DNA from: an uncultured Verrucomicrobiae bacterium
Lineage (GTDB): Bacteria; Verrucomicrobiota; Verrucomicrobiia; Limisphaerales; JAFGQR01
Length of the DNA: 47,649 nucleotides
Direction: 5' to 3'
Assembly (NCBI GenBank): GCA_963788655.1
Contig: CAWBHS010000092.1
Coordinates: 1 to 47,649, forward strand
Shown: piece by piece, positions 1 through 9,035 of the stretch
Position numbering within the stretch: the first letter of the stretch is position 1
Layout of the letters: the number at the start of each line of letters is the position of its first letter
The notes under the pieces: generated by a model
What the model was told of the DNA's origin: nothing
Databases searched by the model: none
The model's input: only the letters and a program-made list of their open reading frames with translations
Made by a program: the position numbers and the translations under genes

Positions 1-1402
1 GCGTATAGCTGGTGGTTGGCGGCATTGGATGATCGGATCAAAGTTGCGGCGCCGGTGGCCGGGATTACCGATCTGCAAAACCATGTGGTGGACGGCGCCG
101 TGGAAGGGCATTGCGACTGCATGTTCTTCGTCAATACGTACCGCTGGGACTATCCACTGGTAGCCGCGTTGGTGGCGCCTCGACCTTTGCTGCTCGTCAA
201 TACGGACTCCGACCAAATCTTCCCGCTCGACGGGGTGATGCGGGTGTACCGCCAAGTTAAACGGATTTATGAATTGTACGGCGCCGGCGACAAGTTCGGC
301 CTGGTCATTGCCCCTGGACCGCACAAAGACACCCAAAACCTGCGCGTGCCGGTCTTCCATTGGTTTAACCAGCTCTTGAAAGGCGAAGACCCGCTCATCG
401 CCATGCCGGCGGAGAAGCTCTTCACGCCGCCACAACTAAAAGTGTTCGATCAACTGCCGGCCGATGCCCGCAACACCAACATTCAGGCGACCTTCGTTTC
501 GCAAGCTGACTTTTCCAAACCGCCAGCCTCCATGTCGGAATGGGATGCGTTGCGCCGCGCATGGATATCTGACCTCACGTCCAAGGTTTTTGCCGGTTGG
601 CCGGATAAAGCCGGCTTGGTTTCGCCGCAGGAACAATGGTCGGTCAAACGGTTTGGACTTCGCTTTCGGGCGTTTGATTTTTCAAGCCAGGCCCACGTGG
701 GATTGCGGCTTTACACGGTTCAGAAAACCAGTTTCTGGAAGCCGGATCGCGTGGTGCTGACGATACTGGATCCGCGCGGCTCGCACGGTCAAGACGCTCC
801 CGCTTCGGCCGATCCGCTCACCCCGCTGTCATTCGACCAGTGGTTGGCGATGATGCAATCGGGTTTCGGCGAGGAACTGCGCGGGGAAGTGGGGACGCGA
901 ACAGTGCCCGCCAATGAAGCCGGCTTTGGTGTCCTCACACGGTACTTGGAAACCAACCACTACGGTCTTCGCCTACCTTGCGCCGCGCGGCATCGGCTTG
1001 ACGGCGTGGGATCAAAATCCGAAGAAACAGATCCAGATTCGCCGCCGTTTCATGTTGCTTGGTCAGACGCTGGACGGCATGCGGGTGTGGGACATTCGTC
1101 GTGGCATCCAGGCCATCCGCGCGATCAATGATTTCGACAATCTGCCGCTGCGCATCCAAGCCCGCGGCGATCTCGCCTGCGACACGCTTTACGCCTCCCT
1201 GTTCGAAGACGGCCTGCAGCAACTGGACCTGTGGCACCTGCCACCTTCGCATACGAGTGGGCCGGATTACCTCAACGTGCTCCGCTGGCTCGACATTCCG
1301 CAAGCCGTGGCCATGGCCGCCGCCCGCTGCACCGTGAACCTCCACGAAGCCGCGCCCGGCGCCTGGGATTATCCGCAGGCTGTCGCCCGGGGCATCCGAT
1401 AA
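1..1402 (+). CDS. Alpha/beta-hydrolase (acetylxylan esterase / dienelactone hydrolase-like), 5'-truncated, with one frameshift near 955-965
   Basis: Frame 1 is open from base 1 (AYSWWLAALDDRIKVAAPVAG...HCDCMF...APRPLLLVNTDSD...GPHKD). The protein continues in ORF 914..1402 (FAYLAPRGIG...LLGQTLDGMRVWDIRRGIQA), a typical second hydrolase-like half. Confidence 0.75.
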
Positions 1403-1443
1403 GGTACAGTCGTCGCAAATCCAAAGCCCTGTCCTTCTTCGGC

Positions 1444-1513
1444 TCGCCGCGAAGGATCGAAGGGCACAGTGATCGGCCAGCGTTCCTTTGCGCGGTTCGG
1501 GCCTTTGCGGTGA
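1444..1513. repeat. Imperfect inverted repeat between convergent genes (REP-like element or terminator)
   Basis: tcgccgcgaagg pairs with cctttgcggtga, using G-U pairs. Confidence 0.4.
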
Positions 1514-1612
1514 AATGGACTGTTCATCATCCCGGAACTTGCAGCCCGCCCTGGAGCATTTTCAGAAAAATCATAAGTGCTCTTCACCATGGACGGCACT
1601 GTTCCTACGAAG

Positions 1613-4294
1613 TCACTGCGCCAAGCGTACTCGATAGATCGTGTTGGGCAAAGAATTGCCCGTGCGGTTGTCATGCACAGTCATTGGCACGCCCGTGCCT
1701 GGCAAGGCTTCACCGACGGCCTGCCAAGCGCCATTGGGAAAACCCATGTTTCGTTCCAACCAATAATACCTGCCGGCCACGGTAGTGAATTCGATCAAAA
1801 CATCATCTCCTTCCAAGTGGACATTCACAATCCGCAAGCTGCTCTCTGGATCATTCGGATCGGTGCCGGCGAGAAATTCGAACACATTGGACATTCGGTC
1901 CATGTCCGCGTCCTCCCACGGTTCGCTTCCGCGCAAAGGATCAAAGCCGAAAAGCCATTCCCATTCATCGCTCAAGCCATCGCCATCCGCATCGGTGCCC
2001 GGACCTGCAATAAAGAGAGTGAGCTGCGCATGATTGTCATCAGGGGTGTGTTCTGGAGCGACAGTTGACACGATGGAACTTTTTAAGGTAATCGGCCCCA
2101 CAAGCCCCGGCTGCCCGATCAATGTCACCCTGGCCACACCGTTCAGCGGCAACTCGCCCAATGCGCACGCGATTTGCCACTCGTTAATGGTGCAGGTCCC
2201 TTGGTCGGCCACATAACCGGTCCAGGTCCAGCCGGTGGGCGTGTCAGCCGTCAACCGAATACCGGGTGCCGGATTGGTCCCAGCGTTGGTAATGATAGCC
2301 GTCAACGCAGCACTGCCAGACAGAGGAACCAGATTGGTCGCAACGCTCAGATTCAAGCGCAGATCGATCAGGTTGGTGGGCGCCGTACTTTTCCAGGCAA
2401 ACACATCCCCCGCCGTGCTTTCCCAGGTGAAGTCCGGGGCATCGTCGCCCGGAACCATATTGGGCGCCGCGCTGTCGAAGCAGGCTGTCGAGCCGGTGGC
2501 GCTCAACCCACCGAACCATGGGTCGGAAGGAGCGGTATCGAATCCTGCCAGCGTTCGGCTGACGAGGGTGGTGACCTCAGTCTCCAAATCACGGACAAAC
2601 AGTTGCGCCGCGGAAGGCTCGGTAAATCCCGGCGCCAGATTGCTGGCAAGACTGCGAAACGCGACGACCCGGCCATTGGCGCTGATGATCGGGTAACCGG
2701 AAGGATTGTCCGCACTGCCCGTCCCATTTCGAGCGAGACTGACCAATCGGGTCGCGCCGGCCACCATATCGCGCTCAAAGACATCGGCCACCGCGTCATT
2801 CACGTCATTCAACACCAAGTCGGTTGCGCTGCTTTCAAAGACGACGAAACGTCCGTCAGCACTCATGGACGGCCAGCGGGCGTAGCCGTTGCCAAAATCG
2901 CCGTTGGTGTTGACGCTCACCAACCGCGTCTCTCCCAGCCATAAATCGCGGATAAAAACGTCGGCCTGGCCATTGAAGTCGCCGGGCAATAAATCCACCG
3001 CGTCCGATTGCATCAACACGTAGCGGCCTTCCGCGCTCACCCCGAATCCAAAGGTCCATCCCTTGGCGGGGCTGGTTCCGGCAGGTGTGGCATTGACCAA
3101 GCGCGTCGTGTCCGTCAGCAAGTCCCGCACGAACAGGTCATAACTGGCGATGCCGTTCGTGTCGTTAGCCACCAAAGTATCCACGTTGCTGTTGAAGAAG
3201 ACGTAGCGGTTCGACGCGATGGCGAACGGATAAGCGGTCAGGAAGTCACTGGTTTTGGGATAAAACTGGCTGTTCATCGCGCGGCTGACCAGGACTGTTG
3301 TGTCGGTTTCCAGATTCCGCACAAACACGTCGTCACTGTCATTGTCATCCCCGGTCACTAAATCGCCCGATGAACTGGCAAAGGCAACTAAACAACCGTT
3401 GTCGGAAAGGACCACCGAGCCCGACTCTCCCACACCGATATGCGGATCGGTGGCACCTGCCGAAACCAGATGCGTGATCCGCTGCTCCATATCGCGGACA
3501 AAAACCGATTCACCCCAGTTGGTTTTCCCAGCAAGCAGATTGGCAGCTAAACTGATGAACGAAACATACCGGCCATCAGGCGTAATTCCCGACAACCACG
3601 AATCACCGTTGCCCGGCCCGGTGCTGTCGGCATTTACGCTGACCAGTTCGGTCGTGTTGCTCCACAAATCCCGACGATACACATTCGCATGATTCGACTG
3701 GACACCGAGGGTTACCAAGTTGGTCGCATCGCTGTGGAAACAAACATACCGGCCATTCGCGCTGATCCGCGAACCGTAGGACCGGTCATTGGCCATGCCA
3801 CCCAGCGGTACCCAATTGGTGTCCACCACCGACACACCCAACACTTCTCCTGCCAACGTGGCCCTAACCGTCGCAAGGTAGATGGTGACGTTGGTCCCGC
3901 TGGCCAGGATCGCCCCGCCGGTGGGTCGGTCGAGGCGTAGCTCAAAATATCGAGAATCAGGACTCGCCTTCGAATTGTTGATCAGCGGTACATAGACCGT
4001 GGCCTGTTGCTGTCCATTGGTGAACACGATTATCCCTTCGGTGGCCACATAATCCTCGCCAGCCACTGCGGAGCCATCGAGCGTTCGATACGCTACGCTT
4101 ACCAGATCCAAAGTACCGCCCTGCCGCAGCAGCGGAACCCGCACGGTCCCGTCGTTTTGCCGGAGGCTGATCGTTGGCACGGCAAACGATAGCACCCCGG
4201 GTCCCGCTTCTGCGTTTTGATGGATGGCCGTGAAGATTACGGCTTCGGCTTGCGACAGAGCGCACACAATCCCAATGGCAGTGAATATTCGCAT
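1613..4294 (-). CDS. Secreted surface protein: Calx-beta domain, TolB/PD40-like beta-propeller repeats, DUF11 Ig-like domain, DxDGDG Ca-binding repeats and a C-terminal domain
   Basis: Signal peptide MRIFTAIGIVCALSQAEA. Calx-beta motif VSVAYRTLDGSAVAGEDY. Repeated ISANGRYV.F.S.A.NL...D VFVRD units. DLRLNLSV...DDNHAQLT (DUF11). DADGDGLSDEWE and EFLAGTDP. Confidence 0.85.
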   Translation of the reverse strand: MRIFTAIGIVCALSQAEAVIFTAIHQNAEAGPGVLSFAVPTISLRQNDGTVRVPLLRQGGTLDLVSVAYRTLDGSAVAGEDYVATEGIIVFTNGQQQATVYVPLINNSKASPDSRYFELRLDRPTGGAILASGTNVTIYLATVRATLAGEVLGVSVVDTNWVPLGGMANDRSYGSRISANGRYVCFHSDATNLVTLGVQSNHANVYRRDLWSNTTELVSVNADSTGPGNGDSWLSGITPDGRYVSFISLAANLLAGKTNWGESVFVRDMEQRITHLVSAGATDPHIGVGESGSVVLSDNGCLVAFASSSGDLVTGDDNDSDDVFVRNLETDTTVLVSRAMNSQFYPKTSDFLTAYPFAIASNRYVFFNSNVDTLVANDTNGIASYDLFVRDLLTDTTRLVNATPAGTSPAKGWTFGFGVSAEGRYVLMQSDAVDLLPGDFNGQADVFIRDLWLGETRLVSVNTNGDFGNGYARWPSMSADGRFVVFESSATDLVLNDVNDAVADVFERDMVAGATRLVSLARNGTGSADNPSGYPIISANGRVVAFRSLASNLAPGFTEPSAAQLFVRDLETEVTTLVSRTLAGFDTAPSDPWFGGLSATGSTACFDSAAPNMVPGDDAPDFTWESTAGDVFAWKSTAPTNLIDLRLNLSVATNLVPLSGSAALTAIITNAGTNPAPGIRLTADTPTGWTWTGYVADQGTCTINEWQIACALGELPLNGVARVTLIGQPGLVGPITLKSSIVSTVAPEHTPDDNHAQLTLFIAGPGTDADGDGLSDEWEWLFGFDPLRGSEPWEDADMDRMSNVFEFLAGTDPNDPESSLRIVNVHLEGDDVLIEFTTVAGRYYWLERNMGFPNGAWQAVGEALPGTGVPMTVHDNRTGNSLPNTIYRVRLAQ

Positions 4295-4432
4295 CGACGT
4301 TATAAATGATCTCCGGTGACCGCCATATAACAAGCTTGTTATGGGCCGAGCAGACGCGTGCAAGTCATCTCAAGCCGAGTCGGATTGACGCCGGTTCATT
4401 GCGGCTGATCATCCGCATCCGCTTCGTGAGTT

Positions 4433-4729
4433 TTAAATCCTCTGTTGCCAGAACCGCGGGTGACGCCGGGCATGGACGACACCGATGACCTCCGCTTGGT
4501 CCGAAGTAATGTAATAGAACACTTTGTAGGGAAATCTGCGCACCAAAGCGCGTCTTACGTCGCGATAGATGACGGCGTAGCGTAATGGATTGTCTTCGAT
4601 CTTTCTAAAGATGGCCTCGACCTCCGCCATGAACTCGTGCCCCAGTTTTGCACGTCGATTTTCGTACCAATCGAATCCCTCGGCCATGTCCGCCTCGGCC
4701 TCCGGTCGAATAATGACGCGGCAACTCAC
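4433..4729 (-). CDS. Type II toxin-antitoxin toxin, RelE/ParE family
   Basis: 98 aa: RPEAEADM...WYE...LGHEF...RRALVRRFPYKVFY...VIGVVHARRHP. The GTG start overlaps the antitoxin stop (GTGA). Confidence 0.9.
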   Translation of the reverse strand: MSCRVIIRPEAEADMAEGFDWYENRRAKLGHEFMAEVEAIFRKIEDNPLRYAVIYRDVRRALVRRFPYKVFYYITSDQAEVIGVVHARRHPRFWQQRI

Positions 4730-4950
4730 TTTCGGCGTGCTTTGATTCGGGCGCTCACTTCTTCCCACGACGAACCTGCCCCAGGATTCTTGCGGGCCGC
4801 TTCCAGGCGCTCGTCGATTAACGCCTTATCTTCCTCGGTTAATTCCAAGGCATCGGGCATGTCCGCAATGGTGTTCCAAATGTCCTCCACTAGTTGTAAC
4901 CGCTCCCGCACGGGGAGTTCCAAGACATCGGCCGCAGAAAACTTACTCAT
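4726..4950 (-). CDS. Addiction module antitoxin (TIGR02574-like unstable antitoxin)
   Basis: 74 aa: LELPVRERLQLVEDIWNTI...LTEEDKALIDERLEA...SSWEEVSARI, directly upstream of the toxin. Confidence 0.9.
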   Translation of the reverse strand: MSKFSAADVLELPVRERLQLVEDIWNTIADMPDALELTEEDKALIDERLEAARKNPGAGSSWEEVSARIKARRK

Positions 4951-4957
4951 GCCGAAA

Positions 4958-4986
4958 AGGGTAACAGTTGCAGCCCAATGATTCAA
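4958..4986 (-). promoter_or_regulatory. Sigma70-like promoter of the TA operon (leaderless transcript)
   Basis: Minus strand reads TTGAAT-N17-TACCCT, followed by 7 nt and the ATG at 4950. Confidence 0.5.
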
Positions 4987-5071
4987 GATGCTCCATAACG
5001 GTGTCCACACAGTTTCCGACTAAGTTTTCGCCAAAAGGCTAAAAGACGTTTTGTTCTGCGTAGGATTACGA

Positions 5072-5428
5072 CTACGCCATCCGCCATCGCGTGCGTTGCA
5101 GCCACTCCCCCTCCAAACTGCCTAACATCAGGGCCAGTATCCAACCGTTGGTGCCGTCGGGGCGGCGGACCGGTTTAGTTCGGCGAAGTTCTTCCACCTT
5201 GCGCTAAATTTGATCGACCAGGGCTTTGGTGTCGTTGCACTCCTGCACGTTCAGCGCGAGGTCATCGTTGACCGAAGTTGATAGCCGCAGAGTATCCTGG
5301 CTGAGCGCCACTTGTGGGAATTTCACGTTCGGGTCGCGTATTCCGATGATCCGAGCCGCCAATTGCGCTGGCTTCTGATTGCAGACACTCATGGTGTGTA
5401 AACCGGCCTTCCCCGTGTAAAAACTCAT
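5072..5428 (-). pseudogene. Possible small gene remnant with an internal TAG at 5204-5206
   Basis: ORF 5204..5428 continues in frame past the TAG as RKVEELRRTKPV... to a TAG at 5072-5074. No family recognised. Confidence 0.25.
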
Positions 5429-5501
5429 TTCGGCGCGCGGCGGACACAGACAACAGCTAACAGCTTGGCCATCCGGGGCGTTTTAAACTGGCTCCCCAAA
5501 C

Positions 5502-5518
5502 AAATGAAATTTTCATTT
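5502..5518. promoter_or_regulatory. AT-rich palindromic operator candidate
   Basis: Perfect 8-1-8 inverted repeat AAATGAAA-T-TTTCATTT in a divergent intergenic region. Confidence 0.4.
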
Positions 5519-5589
5519 CAGCTATTTTCTCCCTCATCCGTACCAACCGGGAAACCTGTGGTTTCAGCGACCCCGCTATTTGCCTGAAC

Positions 5590-8500
5590 ATGCCGGCCCG
5601 TCGCCGCGTCAGAAAAGCTATGCGAATTTCAATGTTAAGAATCGGTTGGCTGTTGAGCTTGCTGGCGGCCCTTCCCGGATTGGCCCAAACACCCGAATGG
5701 ATCTGGCGCGGACCGACCGAACGACGTATCGCCGCCGACGAAGTTTGTTACGTCGTGAAGGCGTTCAACCTTGCCACCCAGGTGCTCAAAGCCGAACTCA
5801 CCACCACGGCTGACAACGAAGTCGTCGCGTACGTCAACGGTTTCTGGGTAACGGCCGGCAGCGAATGGTCACAGCCCACGCGCGTGGATGTGGCGGCGCA
5901 TTTGCACCCGGGCGAAAACGTGTTGGCCTTCCGCGCCCAGAATCACGGCGGCCCGGCGGCGTTTCTGGCCCGGCTGGAACTGAAACTCGCCAACGGCGAG
6001 CGCATGGTAATCGTCAGCGACCCAACGTGGCAGGTCAACGGTGTTGAGCAACCCGGCTGGGACAAGCCCGGCTTCAATCCCGCGGGCTGGAGCGCAGCGA
6101 TAAGCCTGGGCGAACACGGTGTCAGCCCGTGGGGTGACGTGCTGACGGCAGCGTCCGGCAATCCCGCGGATCGGCTCACGCTGTTGCCCGGCTTCAAAGC
6201 TGAACTGGTTCGTTTCGCACGGAAGGACGAAGGCTCGTGGATTTGCCTGGCCATCGATCCCAAGGGCCGGCTCATTATCTCGCCCCAAGGCCCGGAGCCG
6301 CTGCTGCGCCTCACGCTTACGCCGGAGGGACAGGTCGCCAAGATCGAACCGCTCTCGGCGCCCGTTCACTCCGCGATGGGACTTTGCTGTGCCTTTGACA
6401 GCCTGTACGTGAACGGGCAAGGACCGGTTGGCCAGGGCTTGTATCGGTTGCGCGACACGACTGGCGACGAACAGTTTGACCAAGTGAAACTCCTGACGCG
6501 TTTCCACGGTGGCGGCGAACATGGCCCACATGGTGTCGTGGCGGGGCCGGACCAGAGGCTTTACATCGTCAACGGCAACTTCGTGAAAATTGTCGAGGGC
6601 GTTTCCCCGAACTCGCCGCATCGCAATTACGCGGACGACCAGGTGCTGCCGCGCATGGAGGACGGAAACGGATTCGGTGCCGGTCAGAAACCGCCGGGCG
6701 GCCACATTCTCCGCACCGATCCGGAAGGCAAGCACTGGGAATTGTTCGCCGCCGGCCAACGCAACGATTATGACATCGCTTTCAATGCGGACGGCGAGTT
6801 GTTCGGCTTCGACAGCGACATGGAGTGGGATTGGGGCACGGCCTGGTATCGGCCCATCCGCATCAACCATCTTGTCAGCGGCGGCGATTACGGCTATCGC
6901 GAGGGCACCGCCAAGTGGCCCAACTGGTATCCCGACAGCCTGCCCACGACCCTCGACATTGGCGTCGGCTCGCCCACCGGGATGAAGTTCGGCACCGGCG
7001 CGAAGTTCCCGGCGAAATACCAGCGCACGCTTTACGCGATGGATTGGGCCTATGGCCGAATTCTCGCGGTACATCTCACGCCGCACGGCTGCACTTACCG
7101 CGGCCAGTTTGAGAACTTCGTTGTAGGCAAGGGCAACCCGGTGACCGATCTCGAGATCGGCCAAGATGGCGCGATGTACTTCATCACTGGCGGACGCGGT
7201 TTGCAGTCGTCACTGTACCGGGTGACATACGTCGGCGATGAATCCACTGCACCGGTCGATGGTCATGATCGCACCGGTGCGGAGGCCCGCGCGCTCCGCC
7301 AGCGACTGGAAACCTTCCACGGCCAGTCGGACCCGAAGGCCATCGAGTTTGCCTGGCCGCACTTGAACAGCGAAGACCGCTGGTTGCGCTACGCGGCCCG
7401 TATCGCCATCGAGCATCAGCCCGTTGAACAATGGCAGGCCCGCGCGCTGGGTGAAACGCGCACTAACGCGGCGCTGACGGCGTTGCTCGCGTTGGCCCGC
7501 TGCGGTGGCGAGGAAATGCAGGATGACTTGCTGCTCGCGCTGGAAAAGTTCCCGCTCACGCAGTTGAGTGAAAGCCAGCTATTGGCCAAGCTGCGAGTAA
7601 TCGAAGTCAGTTTTGCCCGTCAGGGTCTGCCCTCCACGGAGATCGCTGCGATGCTACGGGACAAACTCGAAACGCTTTACCCGGCGTCCAGAGAACCGCT
7701 CAACCGCGAGCTGTGCCAGTTGCTGGTCGCCCTGCAATCCCCGACCGTGATCGCCAATTCACTGGCCGTCCTCGGAGCCGCACCCACCCTGGAGGACCAG
7801 ACTGCTTACATCCTGCATCTGCGCCACCAGAAGACCGGCTGGACACTCGACGAGCGCCGCGCCTACTTCAACTGGTTCAAGCGGGATCGCCGGCAGGACC
7901 ACCACGCGGAGGCCACCTTGAAGTGGTTCACGGATGCGGGCCGTGGTTACGCCCTGGGCGCAAGTTTTCCCAAGTTTATGAGGAACATCCGCCGGGAGGC
8001 CAGCGCCGGGTTGCCGGACAACGAACGCGTTGCCTTGGCCCCGCTGCTCGCCGAACCGCCGCCGCCCGTGTCGAGCGAACTGCTGGCCCGTCACCATTTC
8101 GTCAAGGAATGGAAGCTGGAAGACTTGTTGCCGGATCTCGCCAAAGTCTCGCATGACCGCAACTTCCAACGTGGGCGCGAGGCGTTCGAAGTGGTGCAGT
8201 GCTACTCGTGCCATCGCTTCGGCGATGAAGGCGGGTCGGTCGGGCCGGATATCACGGGCGTTGCCAATCGTTTCAACCGGCACGATCTGCTGGAAAACAT
8301 GCTGAATCCCAACAAGGTCATCTCCGACCAATACCAGAACACCATCATCATCACGAAAGACGAAGACGACGTGGAGGGCCGGCTGCTGGAGGAAACCGAT
8401 GAAAAAGTTGTGATCCAGACCAACCCGCTCACCAGCACCACGGTGGAGGTGGCCAAGAGTGACATCCAAAGCCGACGCATCTCAAACGTATCGCCCATGC

Positions 8501-8607
8501 CCGAGGGGCTGCTGAGCGTGCTCGACCGCGAGGAGATCTTGGACCTGCTGGCCTATCTCGAATCCGGCGGAAACGAGCGCAGCCTGTTGTTCTCGCAGAA
8601 GCGCTGA
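5590..8607 (+). CDS. PVC-type putative membrane-bound dehydrogenase with a C-terminal heme c (CxxCH) domain and an N-terminal galactose-binding-like beta-sandwich; start may be 5620
   Basis: Signal peptide. TADNE...VNG...LHPGENVLAF...N.GGPA module. GDH/sorbosone-like propeller (GEHGPHG, GQRNDYDIAF, DSDMEWD, GSPTG). HEAT-like helices. RGREAF...CYSCH...GPDITGVANRF...VSPMPEGL. Confidence 0.9.
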   Translation: MPARRRVRKAMRISMLRIGWLLSLLAALPGLAQTPEWIWRGPTERRIAADEVCYVVKAFNLATQVLKAELTTTADNEVVAYVNGFWVTAGSEWSQPTRVDVAAHLHPGENVLAFRAQNHGGPAAFLARLELKLANGERMVIVSDPTWQVNGVEQPGWDKPGFNPAGWSAAISLGEHGVSPWGDVLTAASGNPADRLTLLPGFKAELVRFARKDEGSWICLAIDPKGRLIISPQGPEPLLRLTLTPEGQVAKIEPLSAPVHSAMGLCCAFDSLYVNGQGPVGQGLYRLRDTTGDEQFDQVKLLTRFHGGGEHGPHGVVAGPDQRLYIVNGNFVKIVEGVSPNSPHRNYADDQVLPRMEDGNGFGAGQKPPGGHILRTDPEGKHWELFAAGQRNDYDIAFNADGELFGFDSDMEWDWGTAWYRPIRINHLVSGGDYGYREGTAKWPNWYPDSLPTTLDIGVGSPTGMKFGTGAKFPAKYQRTLYAMDWAYGRILAVHLTPHGCTYRGQFENFVVGKGNPVTDLEIGQDGAMYFITGGRGLQSSLYRVTYVGDESTAPVDGHDRTGAEARALRQRLETFHGQSDPKAIEFAWPHLNSEDRWLRYAARIAIEHQPVEQWQARALGETRTNAALTALLALARCGGEEMQDDLLLALEKFPLTQLSESQLLAKLRVIEVSFARQGLPSTEIAAMLRDKLETLYPASREPLNRELCQLLVALQSPTVIANSLAVLGAAPTLEDQTAYILHLRHQKTGWTLDERRAYFNWFKRDRRQDHHAEATLKWFTDAGRGYALGASFPKFMRNIRREASAGLPDNERVALAPLLAEPPPPVSSELLARHHFVKEWKLEDLLPDLAKVSHDRNFQRGREAFEVVQCYSCHRFGDEGGSVGPDITGVANRFNRHDLLENMLNPNKVISDQYQNTIIITKDEDDVEGRLLEETDEKVVIQTNPLTSTTVEVAKSDIQSRRISNVSPMPEGLLSVLDREEILDLLAYLESGGNERSLLFSQKR

Positions 8608-8630
8608 GCAGTAACGATTCAGTCGAAAAG

Positions 8631-8679
8631 GGGAGCGCGCCCGCCCCGGGCGCCGTGGTTGGCGCCTCGCCAACCACTC
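8631..8679 (+). repeat. REP-like palindromic element, family A, copy 1
   Basis: gggagcgcgcccgccccgggcgccgtggttggcgcctcgccaaccactc; its reverse complement recurs at 23458-23506 with 4 mismatches. Confidence 0.75.
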
Positions 8680-8771
8680 TCGCACACCGACAACGGGTGT
8701 ATGCACTGGGAAAGAGAGCGGTTGCCAAATATTTCAACAGCGCCTTGGCAGTTCGAACCTACCTCGCCCCG

Positions 8772-8880
8772 CGAAAGCGGGAGCAAGCTCCGCGCTCTCC
8801 AAACGCTGGCGCGCAATTCGACAGGACCGTGGCGGAGGCGCGCCAGCGTTTGGAGTGCGTCCGGCTTGCCGGCGCTTTCG
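8772..8880. repeat. REP doublet (long inverted repeat)
   Basis: Perfect 18-bp inverted repeat ctccaaacgctggcgcgc (8797-8814) / gcgcgccagcgtttggag (8838-8855), extending imperfectly to cgaaagcg / cgctttcg. Confidence 0.75.
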
Positions 8881-9035
8881 GAAAGAGGAACCTCAAAAAA
8901 AGCAGTTTGCCTTCGGTCCCGCATTGACTAAGCTGCCTTCATTATGAACATAAGCGAAGGGTGATTCGTGTTCTCCGTGCGGAGTAGTCACTGGCAATTA
9001 CCCACCGTTCAACCCAAACCAAAAGGAAAGAAACT

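Noticed and set aside
4433..4950. TA module as a marker of a prophage or genomic island
   Set aside because: No integrase, att-like direct repeats or phage genes are nearby; such pairs are common solitary chromosomal insertions.
5204..5428. PurE fragment (LAARIIGIRDP)
   Set aside because: The similarity is limited to about 10 residues and no other PurE motifs are present.
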